DNA of 46,402 bases from contig JANNQV010000032.1 of NCBI GenBank assembly GCA_031400935.1, positions 124,001-170,402 on the forward strand, read 5' to 3'. Below the pieces are notes generated by a model, which worked only from the letters and a program-made list of their open reading frames with translations, did no database searches and was not told the DNA's origin. The DNA comes from Armatimonadota bacterium (GTDB taxonomy: Bacteria; Armatimonadota; Fimbriimonadia; Fimbriimonadales; Fimbriimonadaceae). The translations under genes were made by a program, and so were the position numbers. Positions 18,518-27,982 of the stretch are shown piece after piece (within the stretch, counting starts at the first letter, position 1; each line of letters begins with the position of its first letter).

Positions 18518-19198
18518 TTAACCTGTTGCATTGCTACTTTTGCCGTTTCCTTTGGAGTTGTTTTTCGGCGCATTCCGACGGCCCATTGGCTTTCCTTGCC
18601 CTTCGACTGGAGATTGTGCCTTAGTGTAATTTTTCCAGTTGCTGAAATCCACGTCGTTCTTCCTACGGATCAGCTCCCACTTTCCAGCCTTCCTAAACTC
18701 TTCGTACACTATTGGTGTGGTGCGGTAGGATGCTTTGGCGATTAGAATGGCGGCGATTGTGTCTTGCGGGCTGGCACCTCGTTTCTGAACTGCCGCTATG
18801 TCGCTCCCGGTAACTGCAAACTTGTTTGTCAATGCGTTGCTCCAGATTTTTCCTGAATCAAACGCTCCGGCCACCCGAAGTTTGTTGAACGTGCCTGGGT
18901 GCATACCAATCCTTTGTGCGACCTGACTCCAGCCAAGCCCTTTGCGCCGTAGCTTCCAGACCGTATCTGGCCTTACTTGTCCGTTGGAGCTTGCCGATAA
19001 GATTGGTGCGACATCGTTCAGTGAGAGGCGGCTTGCCGTTAGAATACGGGAGACTTCAGACTTACTAATTCCGAATTTTGCAGCAATTATCTCCTTCGCT
19101 ATCGTTTCCAAAATTGACTGAGCGCTCGCAAAACCAGTCAAGGTAACAACGAATACGACCGTAGCTGCAAGTTGCCGAGTGTGAATTTTCATTTTCAT
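18518..19198 (-). CDS. Secreted basic helical hypothetical protein
   Basis: Signal peptide ending GFASA-Q; GLGWSQVAQRIGMHPG; low-complexity KGNGK tail; start 19198 or 19192. Confidence 0.72.
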   Translation of the reverse strand: MKMKIHTRQLAATVVFVVTLTGFASAQSILETIAKEIIAAKFGISKSEVSRILTASRLSLNDVAPILSASSNGQVRPDTVWKLRRKGLGWSQVAQRIGMHPGTFNKLRVAGAFDSGKIWSNALTNKFAVTGSDIAAVQKRGASPQDTIAAILIAKASYRTTPIVYEEFRKAGKWELIRRKNDVDFSNWKNYTKAQSPVEGQGKPMGRRNAPKNNSKGNGKSSNATG

Positions 19199-19380
19199 TT
19201 TCCTATTCAAGGCATTCCAAAGAGGGGGCGGACGTTTCATAGCAAATGTTCAGAACCCCGCACCCAAGTATTTGCCACTTGGCGAAGCATTGACAAGTCG
19301 CACTTTATATTGTCAGTTGATTGGTAGACAATAGAAAACCACCTAATAGTGCGTCCTGTCTCTGCATATGAGATTGCCAT

Positions 19381-20454
19381 TCATGCCTCCGCAAGAACTT
19401 CATCTGGCAAGTTAGGACCTTCATCGGCTTGATTTCTCCAATCATTAAAGTGGCGAAGCAGTATTGGCATCGCTGCCGCAAATGGTAAGGCAAGAAATGC
19501 TCCGACAATGCCGAGCAGCGATGCGCCGACCAGAACCGATAAGAGAACAGCTAGTGGAGAGAGTTTAAGTGCTTTGCCATAAATCACTGGCACAATCAGA
19601 TAGCTCTCGATCTGGTGGTAGATGGCTAGAGCAATCACAACGTATAGCGCAGTTTGGTCGCTGAATCTGTAGGCGCTAACAACTGCTGGAACCATTCCCA
19701 AGATTGGACCAACAATGGGAATTGCATCTGCAATTGCCATGACCCAAGCAAGTGCGAGGGCGTTAGGAACTGAAAGCGCGGACAATACAATGTAAGTGAA
19801 CAACCCGGCCAGAAATGAGGTGGTGAGTTGGCCCCGAATGTACGCGCCGACCTGATCTCCGATCTCACCGAACAATTTTCTAACTTGAAGCCGGTTAGTT
19901 CGCGGAAACACACTGACCATTGCGGTCGCCACTACCGGCCCTTCGACAACTAAGTAAACAGTGAGCATGATAACGGTGACAAAGCTGGTGATCACCGTAA
20001 ACGATGAAAAAATGACATCTTTAACGCCTTGCTGAGCTGCACTTGGTGGCAATGCGGCAACTTTAACTTGCCCCAACATTTTTGCTAACTCTGGCGAGGT
20101 CTTCTTCAGACTTTCTTGAAGCTGTTTGAATAGCCCATCAAAATCGTTCGCAAGCGCATAAAGCTGTGCTGCAACGGGTGGGATTGTGAGGACGATCAAC
20201 GCTACAATACCAAGAAGCAATGAGACGACAACCACAATAGTTGCTGTTTTTCGGTTGAATCTCCTGTGAATTCTGCCAACGACCGGCGTAAGTGCCGCTA
20301 CCAGCATGAGCGAGATCAAGAGAAGGACGGCGATCGGCCATAGCTTAATAAGTAGGAACACTACGAACAAGAAGACCAGTACCCCGCCAAAACCAAAGAA
20401 AACGGCAAATGCCCGGCTCTTTAACGACAGTGAAGAATCTTCATTCGGTTCCAT
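19381..20454 (-). CDS. AI-2E family transporter
   Basis: YIRGQL, AIPIVGPILG, QIESYLIVP, LSPLAVLLS, LGIVGAFLALP. Confidence 0.95.
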   Translation of the reverse strand: MEPNEDSSLSLKSRAFAVFFGFGGVLVFLFVVFLLIKLWPIAVLLLISLMLVAALTPVVGRIHRRFNRKTATIVVVVSLLLGIVALIVLTIPPVAAQLYALANDFDGLFKQLQESLKKTSPELAKMLGQVKVAALPPSAAQQGVKDVIFSSFTVITSFVTVIMLTVYLVVEGPVVATAMVSVFPRTNRLQVRKLFGEIGDQVGAYIRGQLTTSFLAGLFTYIVLSALSVPNALALAWVMAIADAIPIVGPILGMVPAVVSAYRFSDQTALYVVIALAIYHQIESYLIVPVIYGKALKLSPLAVLLSVLVGASLLGIVGAFLALPFAAAMPILLRHFNDWRNQADEGPNLPDEVLAEA

Positions 20455-20485
20455 GTGGTCTCCGACGGTTGATGCAGAGTCGGTG

Positions 20486-20635
20486 CTAATCGAGTGTGCG
20501 CCGACCGCGAAGCAAATTCACAATGAACATGACGACGGCCACGATGAGAAGAATGTGAAGGAGCCCACCAACCGTAGTTGACGTCAGCATGCCTAGCAAC
20601 CACATGATAAAGAGAATTACAATAATTGTCCACAT
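20486..20635 (-). CDS. Lmo0937-family small membrane protein (49 aa, below the ORF-track cutoff)
   Basis: Manual translation MWTIIVILFIMWLLGMLTSTTVGGLLHILLIVAVVMFIVNLLRGRRTLD. Confidence 0.88.
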   Translation of the reverse strand: MWTIIVILFIMWLLGMLTSTTVGGLLHILLIVAVVMFIVNLLRGRRTLD

Positions 20636-20758
20636 TTCAAGTCAAATGTACACTTCTCGCAACGCGGTGTGCAAGTCAGCCATTTCGTGTCTACCGATTG
20701 ACTGACGCCGAAAACCTGGACTTGCGTATACAGTTTTGGTTCAGTAGTCTGTGGACTG

Positions 20759-21817
20759 ATGAAAACAAAACTTTCAACAAATACAAATCGAAATCCAGGC
20801 TCTAGATACATGCATGCTGTGGCAATAATCGCAGCATTTGCAGTAGCCAGTGTTGCAGGCGCTCAAGATATCCGGGCGACTGTAAATGGCGATTTCGTCA
20901 ACTTTCCCGATATTCAACCCATCATGATCCAAAACCGAGTAATGGTACCGGTTCGCGGAGTCTTCGAGCACATGAATTCAAACGTAGAATGGGATTCGAA
21001 CTCTCGAACTGTCGTCGCACAGCGCGGCACAGATACGATTCGACTTCCAGTCAACTCCTACTACGCAACGGTAAACGGCCGTCAAGTCAATTTGGACTCG
21101 CCAGCCAAAATCGTTATGGGACGAACGATGGTTCCTCTTCGATTCTTGAGTGAGGCATTGGGTGGAACTGTAGACTGGGTCGCCTCAGTTCGAACGGTTG
21201 AAATCAACACAATGGGAGTAAGCAATCCTTGGCAGACTCCAGCAGGATATACCGCAATACACATGAACTCCGGTACTGTCATTCCTTTCTCGCTGAATCA
21301 GAAACTCAGCTCGAACGGTTCTTCTGTTGGAGACAAATTTACTGCGAACCTTGAGACGGGCGAGTTATCGAGTTATCAAGGAATTCCTAATGGGGCAGTC
21401 CTCGAAGGCCATGTGGATGTTGTCCGTGCAAAAATTGGCGACACGCCAGGAGTGCTCGGGCTCGCTTTCGACCGAGTCAAACTGCCTGATGGTCAATCCT
21501 ACAAGGTGCATGGCACGCTAATCGGACTGGATTCGAATAGCGTAAATGTCGAGGGCGGACGCATCGTGGCTAAGCCTGGCACCAAGAATGACAACCTTAA
21601 ATGGGTTGGCTACGGAGCTGGTGGCGGGGCGCTCATTGCGATATTGACAAAAGAAAACGTTCTTACGACCTCGCTGATTGGCGGTGCGCTTGGATACTTG
21701 TTTGGCGAAATCCAAAAGGACCCATCTAAGGCTCGAAACGTGACTTCCGACATTGGAACGAAATTCGGGGTCAAACTGACTCGCGAACTCACATATCAAG
21801 TTGCGATCATGGACTAG
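20759..21817 (+). CDS. Secreted copper-amine-oxidase N-terminal (stalk) domain protein with C-terminal beta domain and glycine zipper
   Basis: RVMVPVRGVFE, GRTMVPLRFLSEALGGTVDW; GYGAGGGALI..LIGGALG; true start may be the later Met (MHAVA). Confidence 0.85.
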   Translation: MKTKLSTNTNRNPGSRYMHAVAIIAAFAVASVAGAQDIRATVNGDFVNFPDIQPIMIQNRVMVPVRGVFEHMNSNVEWDSNSRTVVAQRGTDTIRLPVNSYYATVNGRQVNLDSPAKIVMGRTMVPLRFLSEALGGTVDWVASVRTVEINTMGVSNPWQTPAGYTAIHMNSGTVIPFSLNQKLSSNGSSVGDKFTANLETGELSSYQGIPNGAVLEGHVDVVRAKIGDTPGVLGLAFDRVKLPDGQSYKVHGTLIGLDSNSVNVEGGRIVAKPGTKNDNLKWVGYGAGGGALIAILTKENVLTTSLIGGALGYLFGEIQKDPSKARNVTSDIGTKFGVKLTRELTYQVAIMD

Positions 21818-21864
21818 CGTACAGCGCGGACGCCCATTTGATTCTCTGGTCAAAGTCTACTTAA

Positions 21865-21896
21865 CCTCGACTCTTGCTTCAATGCAAGGGTCGAGG
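21865..21896. terminator. Hairpin between convergent genes, similar to the 17362 REP-like unit
   Basis: CCTCGACTCTTGC-TTCAAT-GCAAGGGTCGAGG, 13-bp stem. Confidence 0.55.
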
Positions 21897-21923
21897 CCCT
21901 GAACCAAAGTCAAATTACTCTCC

Positions 21924-22901
21924 TCAATCCAAAATCTCGCTCAATTTCCTCGACGTTGAGGGCATCTTCAACTTTCGCATCCCTTTTTGCTCGATCTGCC
22001 GAATCCTCTCTCTTGTAACTGCAAAGAATCTGGCGACCTCTTCTAACGTTTGGGCGCGACCATCTTCGAGTCCATAGCGCATCTCAATTACGCTTCTTTC
22101 TCTTTCACTCAAGGTGTCCAAAATTTCTTTGATTCGTCGTCTAAGCATTGCCCGATCCAGGCAGCGCTCTGTCGTTTCCTCCGAGCGGTCTACGATATAG
22201 TCGCCCAAAAATGCTTCGTTGAACTCTCCGACAGGCAATTCGAGCGAAATCGGTTCCGAAAGGGCTTTGAATGCTTCTTGAACTTTTTCAATCGGCAATT
22301 CTGCGACATCGGCAATTTCCTGAAGCGTCGGTTCCCTTCCCAAAACGCTCTGAAGCCTTTGCCCAACTTTTCCCAATTTTGAAAACGCTTCGATTGCATG
22401 AGCGGGAACTCGAATTGTCCTTGAATAATCGCTGATGGCCCGATACATCGATTGCCGAATCCACCATGTTGCATAGGTGCTGAACCTATATCCCCGAGCA
22501 GTGTCAAATTTGTCTACAGCACGGATGAGGCCAACATTGCCTTCTTGAATCAGGTCTTGAAGCGATAGGCCTCTTGAAACGAACTTCTTTGCAAGGTTGA
22601 CAACGAGGCGTAAATTCGCTTCGATCATCCGCCTTTTACTGGCTTCGCATCCGGCTTGGGCACGAATTGCGGTCGTAAGCTCTTCTTCTTGAGTCATAAG
22701 CCGCGTTCGGCCAACGGTTTGCAGCCACAATTTGGTGGAATCCTCCGTAGCTTGAGACACCGCGTCAGAATCACGACCATTGGGCGACGATGAATGTTCT
22801 TCATTGCCGTACTCTATCACCTGCAACTGAATTGCAGAATCTCGAAAGCTCGCACCCCGTAAATCAGGCGAGCTCGAATCTTCAAATATCCCCGCTTCGA
22901 T
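21924..22901 (-). CDS. RpoD/SigA-like sigma-70 factor (probable ATC start at 22901; first canonical start is TTG at 22826)
   Basis: [55 protein letters not shown]; lies downstream of dnaG. Confidence 0.92.
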   Translation of the reverse strand: MEAGIFEDSSSPDLRGASFRDSAIQLQVIEYGNEEHSSSPNGRDSDAVSQATEDSTKLWLQTVGRTRLMTQEEELTTAIRAQAGCEASKRRMIEANLRLVVNLAKKFVSRGLSLQDLIQEGNVGLIRAVDKFDTARGYRFSTYATWWIRQSMYRAISDYSRTIRVPAHAIEAFSKLGKVGQRLQSVLGREPTLQEIADVAELPIEKVQEAFKALSEPISLELPVGEFNEAFLGDYIVDRSEETTERCLDRAMLRRRIKEILDTLSERERSVIEMRYGLEDGRAQTLEEVARFFAVTRERIRQIEQKGMRKLKMPSTSRKLSEILD

Positions 22902-22972
22902 GACTGTTCCTCCCTACCGTTCAGGTAGTGGCTAAGCGGCAAAGATTCCCCGTTTGTGCCGCTTACACTATT

Positions 22973-23001
22973 ACTATAGCGTAGGTTTTCCAAAAAACCA
23001 A
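22973..23001 (-). promoter_or_regulatory. Sigma-70-type promoter for the sigma factor gene
   Basis: Minus strand TTGGTT-N17-TATAGT. Confidence 0.5.
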
Positions 23002-23026
23002 GGAAATTTACGAGAATTGTTGAAAT

Positions 23027-24796
23027 TCATCCTTCCCAGAGATGCGCCTCTCGGGCGTGGGCGGCTTTAAGTTTCTCAAACGCAGACTCAACTTCCTCTG
23101 CTGATGGTGCGCCAACAAGTGCAGCGGCAACACTATTTCTATCTCTTAAAGTTTGCAAATCATGCAACACGTCGGCCAGCTCTCCCGCAGAAACTTCTGC
23201 CCTCGCTTGGCTCAGAAGCTGATCATCTGTTGTAAACGCAATCATGCAATCTGAAAGTGCTTCTCTTTCTTTGCTTGGTTCAATAGCTGAAAGCCACTCG
23301 ACGGGTTTTCCCTCCGGCGGTTTTTCTGGGAATGCCGCTACGATTGCCTCAGCAATCTGTTGGCCTTGTGTTGTAAATAGAGGCTCCTTTTGAATTGATT
23401 TGTATACCTCTAGTCGCAGGAAACCTTCCAAAAACGCTCGGAACAGAACAGATTCGGCGGGATTGCATGTGGCTGTTTCTGATACAGATTGAGCAGGTGT
23501 TTTGCTCTTTCCCTTTTGCAATCCTCGAAGCCGGATTTTTTGGGCTTGACGGGCCTGCTGCATGAGCGATTCTGAGTCTGCCCTACTCCCTGAAAGATGT
23601 TTGCTGCTAACTAGAGTCGCTAAACTTTGCATTTCGCTAAGAGACGATGCTTTTGAAAGGGCTTCGACAATTTCTGCCCAAAATTGTTCGTCATGGCTTA
23701 CAGATGTGGATTCAATTCTCCAAATCTGAAACTCGGATGGGGTCATTGTACGATCTGCAGCTTCACGAACTGCCGCCGCCCCTTGGCTGCGGAGCATCGT
23801 ATCTGGATCTTCGCCTTTTGGAAGAAGCACGATTCTTGCTGTGATATTTTCTGCTTGCAAGATTTCGCTAGCTCGATCCGCCGCCTTGATTCCTGCGGCG
23901 TCGGCGTCATAGAGAATCGTGACTTTTTCACACCATCGCCGCAAAAGTTTGGCGTGTTCTTCGGCGAGAGATGTTCCAAGCGATGCCACGGCGTTTTCGA
24001 GCCCTGCTTGATGGCAGGCAATTACGTCCAAGTAGCCTTCCACCAAAATTGCTTGGTTTGCTTTTGCAATTGCTTCTTTGGCTCGATGCATCCCATATAG
24101 AACCTTGCTCTTTCGGTAAAGGGGAGTGTCGGAGCTATTGATGTACTTCGGTTGGCCGTCGCCAAGAATCCTTCCGCCGTAAGCGATTAGGTCGCCTCGT
24201 TCGTCATGAATCGGGAACATCAAACGGGATCGAAACTTGTCAAAGTACGATCCGGCTGAATCCTCTTCAACTAAAAAAAGCTCTTTTGCGGCTGCAAGTG
24301 CCACTTTCGATTTACGAAAGGCTGTTGCAAGGTGGTGATCGCTTGCGGGTGCGTAGCCTAAACCCCAAGCCTTTCGAATTTCCTCTGACAGACCCCTGCC
24401 TTCGCAGTATTTAGTTGCGAATTCGCTCTTGGAAAGTTCGGCTGCAAAAAAGACTTGCGCCGATTTCATGATTTCGAGGCGCTCTTTTCTTCCGAACAGA
24501 GATTCCCCGTGTTTGGCTGAAAGTGTGATTCCTGCCTTTTCAGCCAGGAACCGCAGGGCATCGCCAAATTCGACATTTTGGGATTTCATCACCCAATTGA
24601 AAATATCGCCAGCCTCGCCACACGACCAGCACCGGTACCTGCCGATGTCCGGGCTAACATAGAAAGAAGGGCTTCTGTCGTCGTGAAACGGACAGAGGCC
24701 CTTCCAATGTTTGCCTGCTCTTTTCAGCAGGACTTTTTGGCCGACAAGGTCAACGATGTCAATTCTCGTCCGAATCTCGTCGCGCTCGTCCCGCAC
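23027..24796 (-). CDS. dnaG: DNA primase
   Basis: CPFHDD...CWSC zinc finger, PKYINSSDT, TOPRIM VEGYLDV...YDADAAG, EDPD. Confidence 0.98.
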   Translation of the reverse strand: MRDERDEIRTRIDIVDLVGQKVLLKRAGKHWKGLCPFHDDRSPSFYVSPDIGRYRCWSCGEAGDIFNWVMKSQNVEFGDALRFLAEKAGITLSAKHGESLFGRKERLEIMKSAQVFFAAELSKSEFATKYCEGRGLSEEIRKAWGLGYAPASDHHLATAFRKSKVALAAAKELFLVEEDSAGSYFDKFRSRLMFPIHDERGDLIAYGGRILGDGQPKYINSSDTPLYRKSKVLYGMHRAKEAIAKANQAILVEGYLDVIACHQAGLENAVASLGTSLAEEHAKLLRRWCEKVTILYDADAAGIKAADRASEILQAENITARIVLLPKGEDPDTMLRSQGAAAVREAADRTMTPSEFQIWRIESTSVSHDEQFWAEIVEALSKASSLSEMQSLATLVSSKHLSGSRADSESLMQQARQAQKIRLRGLQKGKSKTPAQSVSETATCNPAESVLFRAFLEGFLRLEVYKSIQKEPLFTTQGQQIAEAIVAAFPEKPPEGKPVEWLSAIEPSKEREALSDCMIAFTTDDQLLSQARAEVSAGELADVLHDLQTLRDRNSVAAALVGAPSAEEVESAFEKLKAAHAREAHLWEG

Positions 24797-24799
24797 TTT

Positions 24800-25609
24800 C
24801 TAAGCTTTGCCGCCGGCTACTACGATCCCAGTCACCTGGTGCGTCTTATCTTTGCCAAGTCGGTTCAATCGGAAAGCAACCTTGTTTCGTTGAAGAAACC
24901 TAACAACAATCGTATCGCCATTGATTTCATATCCGTCAGGTGTGCCGTATGTTTTGATCAACGTTCCGAAACTTGATCCAAAGCCCACGCCCTTTCGAGT
25001 TTTCACTTTGCCATCTTGCATTCCAATTGCTTCGATTTGCACAACACGGTTGAACTTATCTAGTACGAATCCGTACTTGCTCATGCCTCGCTTGTATACC
25101 CAACGTGTGTATGCAACGCTCTGATCAGTGCCTCCGCCGCCACCGCCAGCACCTGCTGCATTACCGCCGCCACCGCCGCCAGCTCGTTGGCCTGGGCCCC
25201 CGCCGCGTGGACCTTCATCGCCCTCTCCGCCAGGACCGCCTTTCTGTCGAAGAACTTCATTGCCGAGTCCCCATTCTCCGTTAGGAACGCCATCAATAAA
25301 ATTTGGTGGAGCCGTTGGCTCCGGGGCAGCACCTGCCGAACGACTCGGAGCGCCTGAAGCACCTGCTCCGCCACGAGCACCGCTGCCGCCACCGCCGCCC
25401 GGTCCAATCGCTGTACCGCCAAAATTAATCGGCTGAATCTCTAGCGGTGAACCATACATCGAAATGACGCGCTGGCCAGTATCGTAAAGCTTTACGCCTA
25501 CCAGTCCGTTTTCTGCATTCGAAGCGCGAACCGATTGGCTCACAGCATCAATGCTGATCATCGTCAGTGCTAAACTGCAAATTGCTAAATTAGTAAATCT
25601 TAGATTCAA
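24800..25609 (-). CDS. Exported hypothetical protein with long Gly/Ala-rich insert
   Basis: AGGAGG SD, TTG start, signal peptide; two similar ...YGxP... beta modules. Confidence 0.75.
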   Translation of the reverse strand: MNLRFTNLAICSLALTMISIDAVSQSVRASNAENGLVGVKLYDTGQRVISMYGSPLEIQPINFGGTAIGPGGGGGSGARGGAGASGAPSRSAGAAPEPTAPPNFIDGVPNGEWGLGNEVLRQKGGPGGEGDEGPRGGGPGQRAGGGGGGNAAGAGGGGGGTDQSVAYTRWVYKRGMSKYGFVLDKFNRVVQIEAIGMQDGKVKTRKGVGFGSSFGTLIKTYGTPDGYEINGDTIVVRFLQRNKVAFRLNRLGKDKTHQVTGIVVAGGKA

Positions 25610-25760
25610 AGGTCATTCCTCCTGAAACTTTCGCCTAGTTTTCAGTCTTCTATATCTGACGAGGCTAATTGCGAATTGGTAACGCAGCCAACGCAGATTC
25701 ATACAAGAATTTTCGATCGCTCTCTGGTATACCTTAGGCTCACCTCGATTGGAGACAAAA

Positions 25761-26084
25761 ATGTCAGCAGAATTAGAAATTTCTACCACAGATTTTGAAG
25801 CAAAGGTGCTTCAATCCGATGTTCCCGTACTCGTAGACTTTTGGGCGACTTGGTGCGGACCATGCCGGGCGATTGCTCCCTCGGTCGAGCAGATTGCGCA
25901 GGAGTATGCTGGAAAGGCTAAGGTCTACAAAGTAGATATTGATGCCGAGGGCAGCTTGGCAACGCAATTTAACGTCATGTCCATTCCAGCCCTGCTTGTT
26001 TTCAAAGGTGGAAAGGTAGTTGACCAAATGGTTGGTGCAGCTCCCAAGGCAACAATTGCTCAAATGTTGGATCGGGCGTTGTAG
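25761..26084 (+). CDS. trxA: Thioredoxin
   Basis: VLVDFWATWCGPC; GGAGA SD before ATG 25761. Confidence 0.97.
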   Translation: MSAELEISTTDFEAKVLQSDVPVLVDFWATWCGPCRAIAPSVEQIAQEYAGKAKVYKVDIDAEGSLATQFNVMSIPALLVFKGGKVVDQMVGAAPKATIAQMLDRAL

Positions 26085-26219
26085 GGGAAGGGGTGTTGGG
26101 TGTTGGGAGGCTCATTATTTGCTGAATTTGTGAACTCAACCGTTCGTTTTTGCCCAGTTGTGGTTCTGAGTTTTCCCAAAACCCAAAACCTTTCACTCAA
26201 TTTCCCCAATCCCCAAACC
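26084..26219. repeat. Degenerate heptamer G-rich/C-rich inverted arms
   Basis: GGGGTGTTGGGTGTTGGG ... CCCAAAACCCAAAACC ... CCCCAATCCCCAAACC. Confidence 0.55.
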
Positions 26220-26242
26220 AGACATAATCGTCTAAATATAAA

Positions 26243-26824
26243 ATGAAGCTTCGTGGCATCTTGTTGGCATCCACCATTTTCGTAGCCTCCCTTTGGGCTG
26301 CGTCTGGTTTGACTTCGCCTTCTGGAGCTGATTCACTGGTTAGAATCGAAGTTGAAGGAAAGGGCACTATCGTGATCCGATTGGCAACGGATAAGGCGCC
26401 AAAGGCATCCGCCCAAATTATTCAACTTGCAAGACAAAAGTTTTATGATGGGCAACGTTGGTTTCGAGTCGTTACCAAACCGCGGCCGTTCTTGATTCAA
26501 ACAGGCGATCCCAACTCTCGTGATGCTTCGAAACTAGACTCGCCATCAATGGGAACAAGGGGCGCAGGATCAAGGATTCCATTCGAGCAAACCGGAATTG
26601 AGGCAACTGAAGGTGCCGTCTTTCTTGCCGCCAAGCCTGGCGACAGGGATTCCGGCGACAGTCAATTCTTCATCCTATTAGACACTTACCGTTTCTTGGA
26701 AGGCGATCATACGGCGGTTGGACGAGTAGTTGAAGGAATGGACGTTGTTCGAAAGATCACAAAGGGCGATTTAATAATTTCCGTTCGAGTTTCAAGTGGC
26801 GAAGTGGCTTTGGCTGGGAAGTAG
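26243..26824 (+). CDS. Exported cyclophilin-type peptidyl-prolyl isomerase
   Basis: FYDG..WFRVV, FLIQTGDP, SQFFI, GRVVEGMDVV; signal peptide. Confidence 0.92.
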   Translation: MKLRGILLASTIFVASLWAASGLTSPSGADSLVRIEVEGKGTIVIRLATDKAPKASAQIIQLARQKFYDGQRWFRVVTKPRPFLIQTGDPNSRDASKLDSPSMGTRGAGSRIPFEQTGIEATEGAVFLAAKPGDRDSGDSQFFILLDTYRFLEGDHTAVGRVVEGMDVVRKITKGDLIISVRVSSGEVALAGK

Positions 26825-27019
26825 AGTAGGTTTGTTGGCAGTTAGCAGTTGGCGGTTTGAAGTTGCCCGTACACAAAGAAACTCTTCTGAATTTCCAGCG
26901 ATAGCTGTTCTCGCTATCCTCGTTCCCTATGTTGCGGTTAGCTTTCATACGCACTCCGCCAACCGCAGAGTGCAAACTGCTTACTTAAACCCAACGTCCA
27001 ACCCCCAACGTAATGTAGA

Positions 27020-27982
27020 ATGCCATTTGTGCGGCTTGCTAAAGCCATTTTGTTGCGTTTATTGTACGGGGTGCTAAGCCTCGTTTTTATTACTTTCGTG
27101 GCTTTTCTTGCCGACGAACTGGCTCCAGGTGACCTCGCGACAGTACTCGCAGGAGAAAAGGGAAACAATCCGCAGTATGTTCGGCAGCTTCGCCAGGATT
27201 TGGGGCTGAATCGTCCAATAGTCATTCGCTACAAGGAATACTTGGTAAAAACCGCCCAGGGCGATTTTGGACAGAGTTTTCGTCCAACCAAAGGAACAGT
27301 CGCTGAGCTATTGAAGCAAAACTTGCCTATGACGCTTCGAATCGCGTTCATGGCATTACTTCTTGCGATAGTAGTGGGAATTAGTTTGGGAACCTTAGCG
27401 GCTGTTTATGAAAACCGCGCTGCAGACCGACTTGTGCTTGTCTTCAGCACGCTTGGCGTTACTATTCCGAACTTTGTTCTGGCACCGATTCTTGTCTATT
27501 TGTTTTCTGTTCAATTAGGTTATGTGCCGCAGAACTGGGAGCCAATTCTTCGAGGGCCACTGTATTTGTATCTGATTTTGCCCGTATTTGTACTTTCACT
27601 TCGCCCAATGACGACTCTCACGCGACTCACTCGTGCAAGCATGATCGAGACGATGAAACAAGAATTCATCAAGCTCGCCATTGCGAAAGGCGTGGGGACG
27701 AATCGGCTGATATTCAACCATGCGCTTCGCAATGCGATTTTGCCAGTTGTCACCCAGTTAGGTACAAATTTCGGTTTCTTACTTACAGGTTCCTTTGTAG
27801 TCGAGCGGTTTTTCACCCTTCCTGGAATTGGCAGAATTGGGATTGAGGCGATTCAAGATGGCGATATGCCTGTCGTTCAAGCAACCATTTTGGTTACGGG
27901 CGCGATGTTCATTATGATCAATTTGATTGTTGATTTGTTGCTACCCATTATTGACCCAAGAATTCGGGAGCGAGCAATATGA
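27020..27982 (+). CDS. Oligopeptide/nickel ABC transporter permease (OppB/DppB family)
   Basis: PGD, GDFGQSF, AIAKGV...HALRNAILP, VERFFTLPGIG. Confidence 0.95.
   Translation: MPFVRLAKAILLRLLYGVLSLVFITFVAFLADELAPGDLATVLAGEKGNNPQYVRQLRQDLGLNRPIVIRYKEYLVKTAQGDFGQSFRPTKGTVAELLKQNLPMTLRIAFMALLLAIVVGISLGTLAAVYENRAADRLVLVFSTLGVTIPNFVLAPILVYLFSVQLGYVPQNWEPILRGPLYLYLILPVFVLSLRPMTTLTRLTRASMIETMKQEFIKLAIAKGVGTNRLIFNHALRNAILPVVTQLGTNFGFLLTGSFVVERFFTLPGIGRIGIEAIQDGDMPVVQATILVTGAMFIMINLIVDLLLPIIDPRIRERAI

Noticed and set aside
25128..25436. Proline-rich ORF
   Set aside because: Antisense shadow of the Gly-rich tract in 24800-25609
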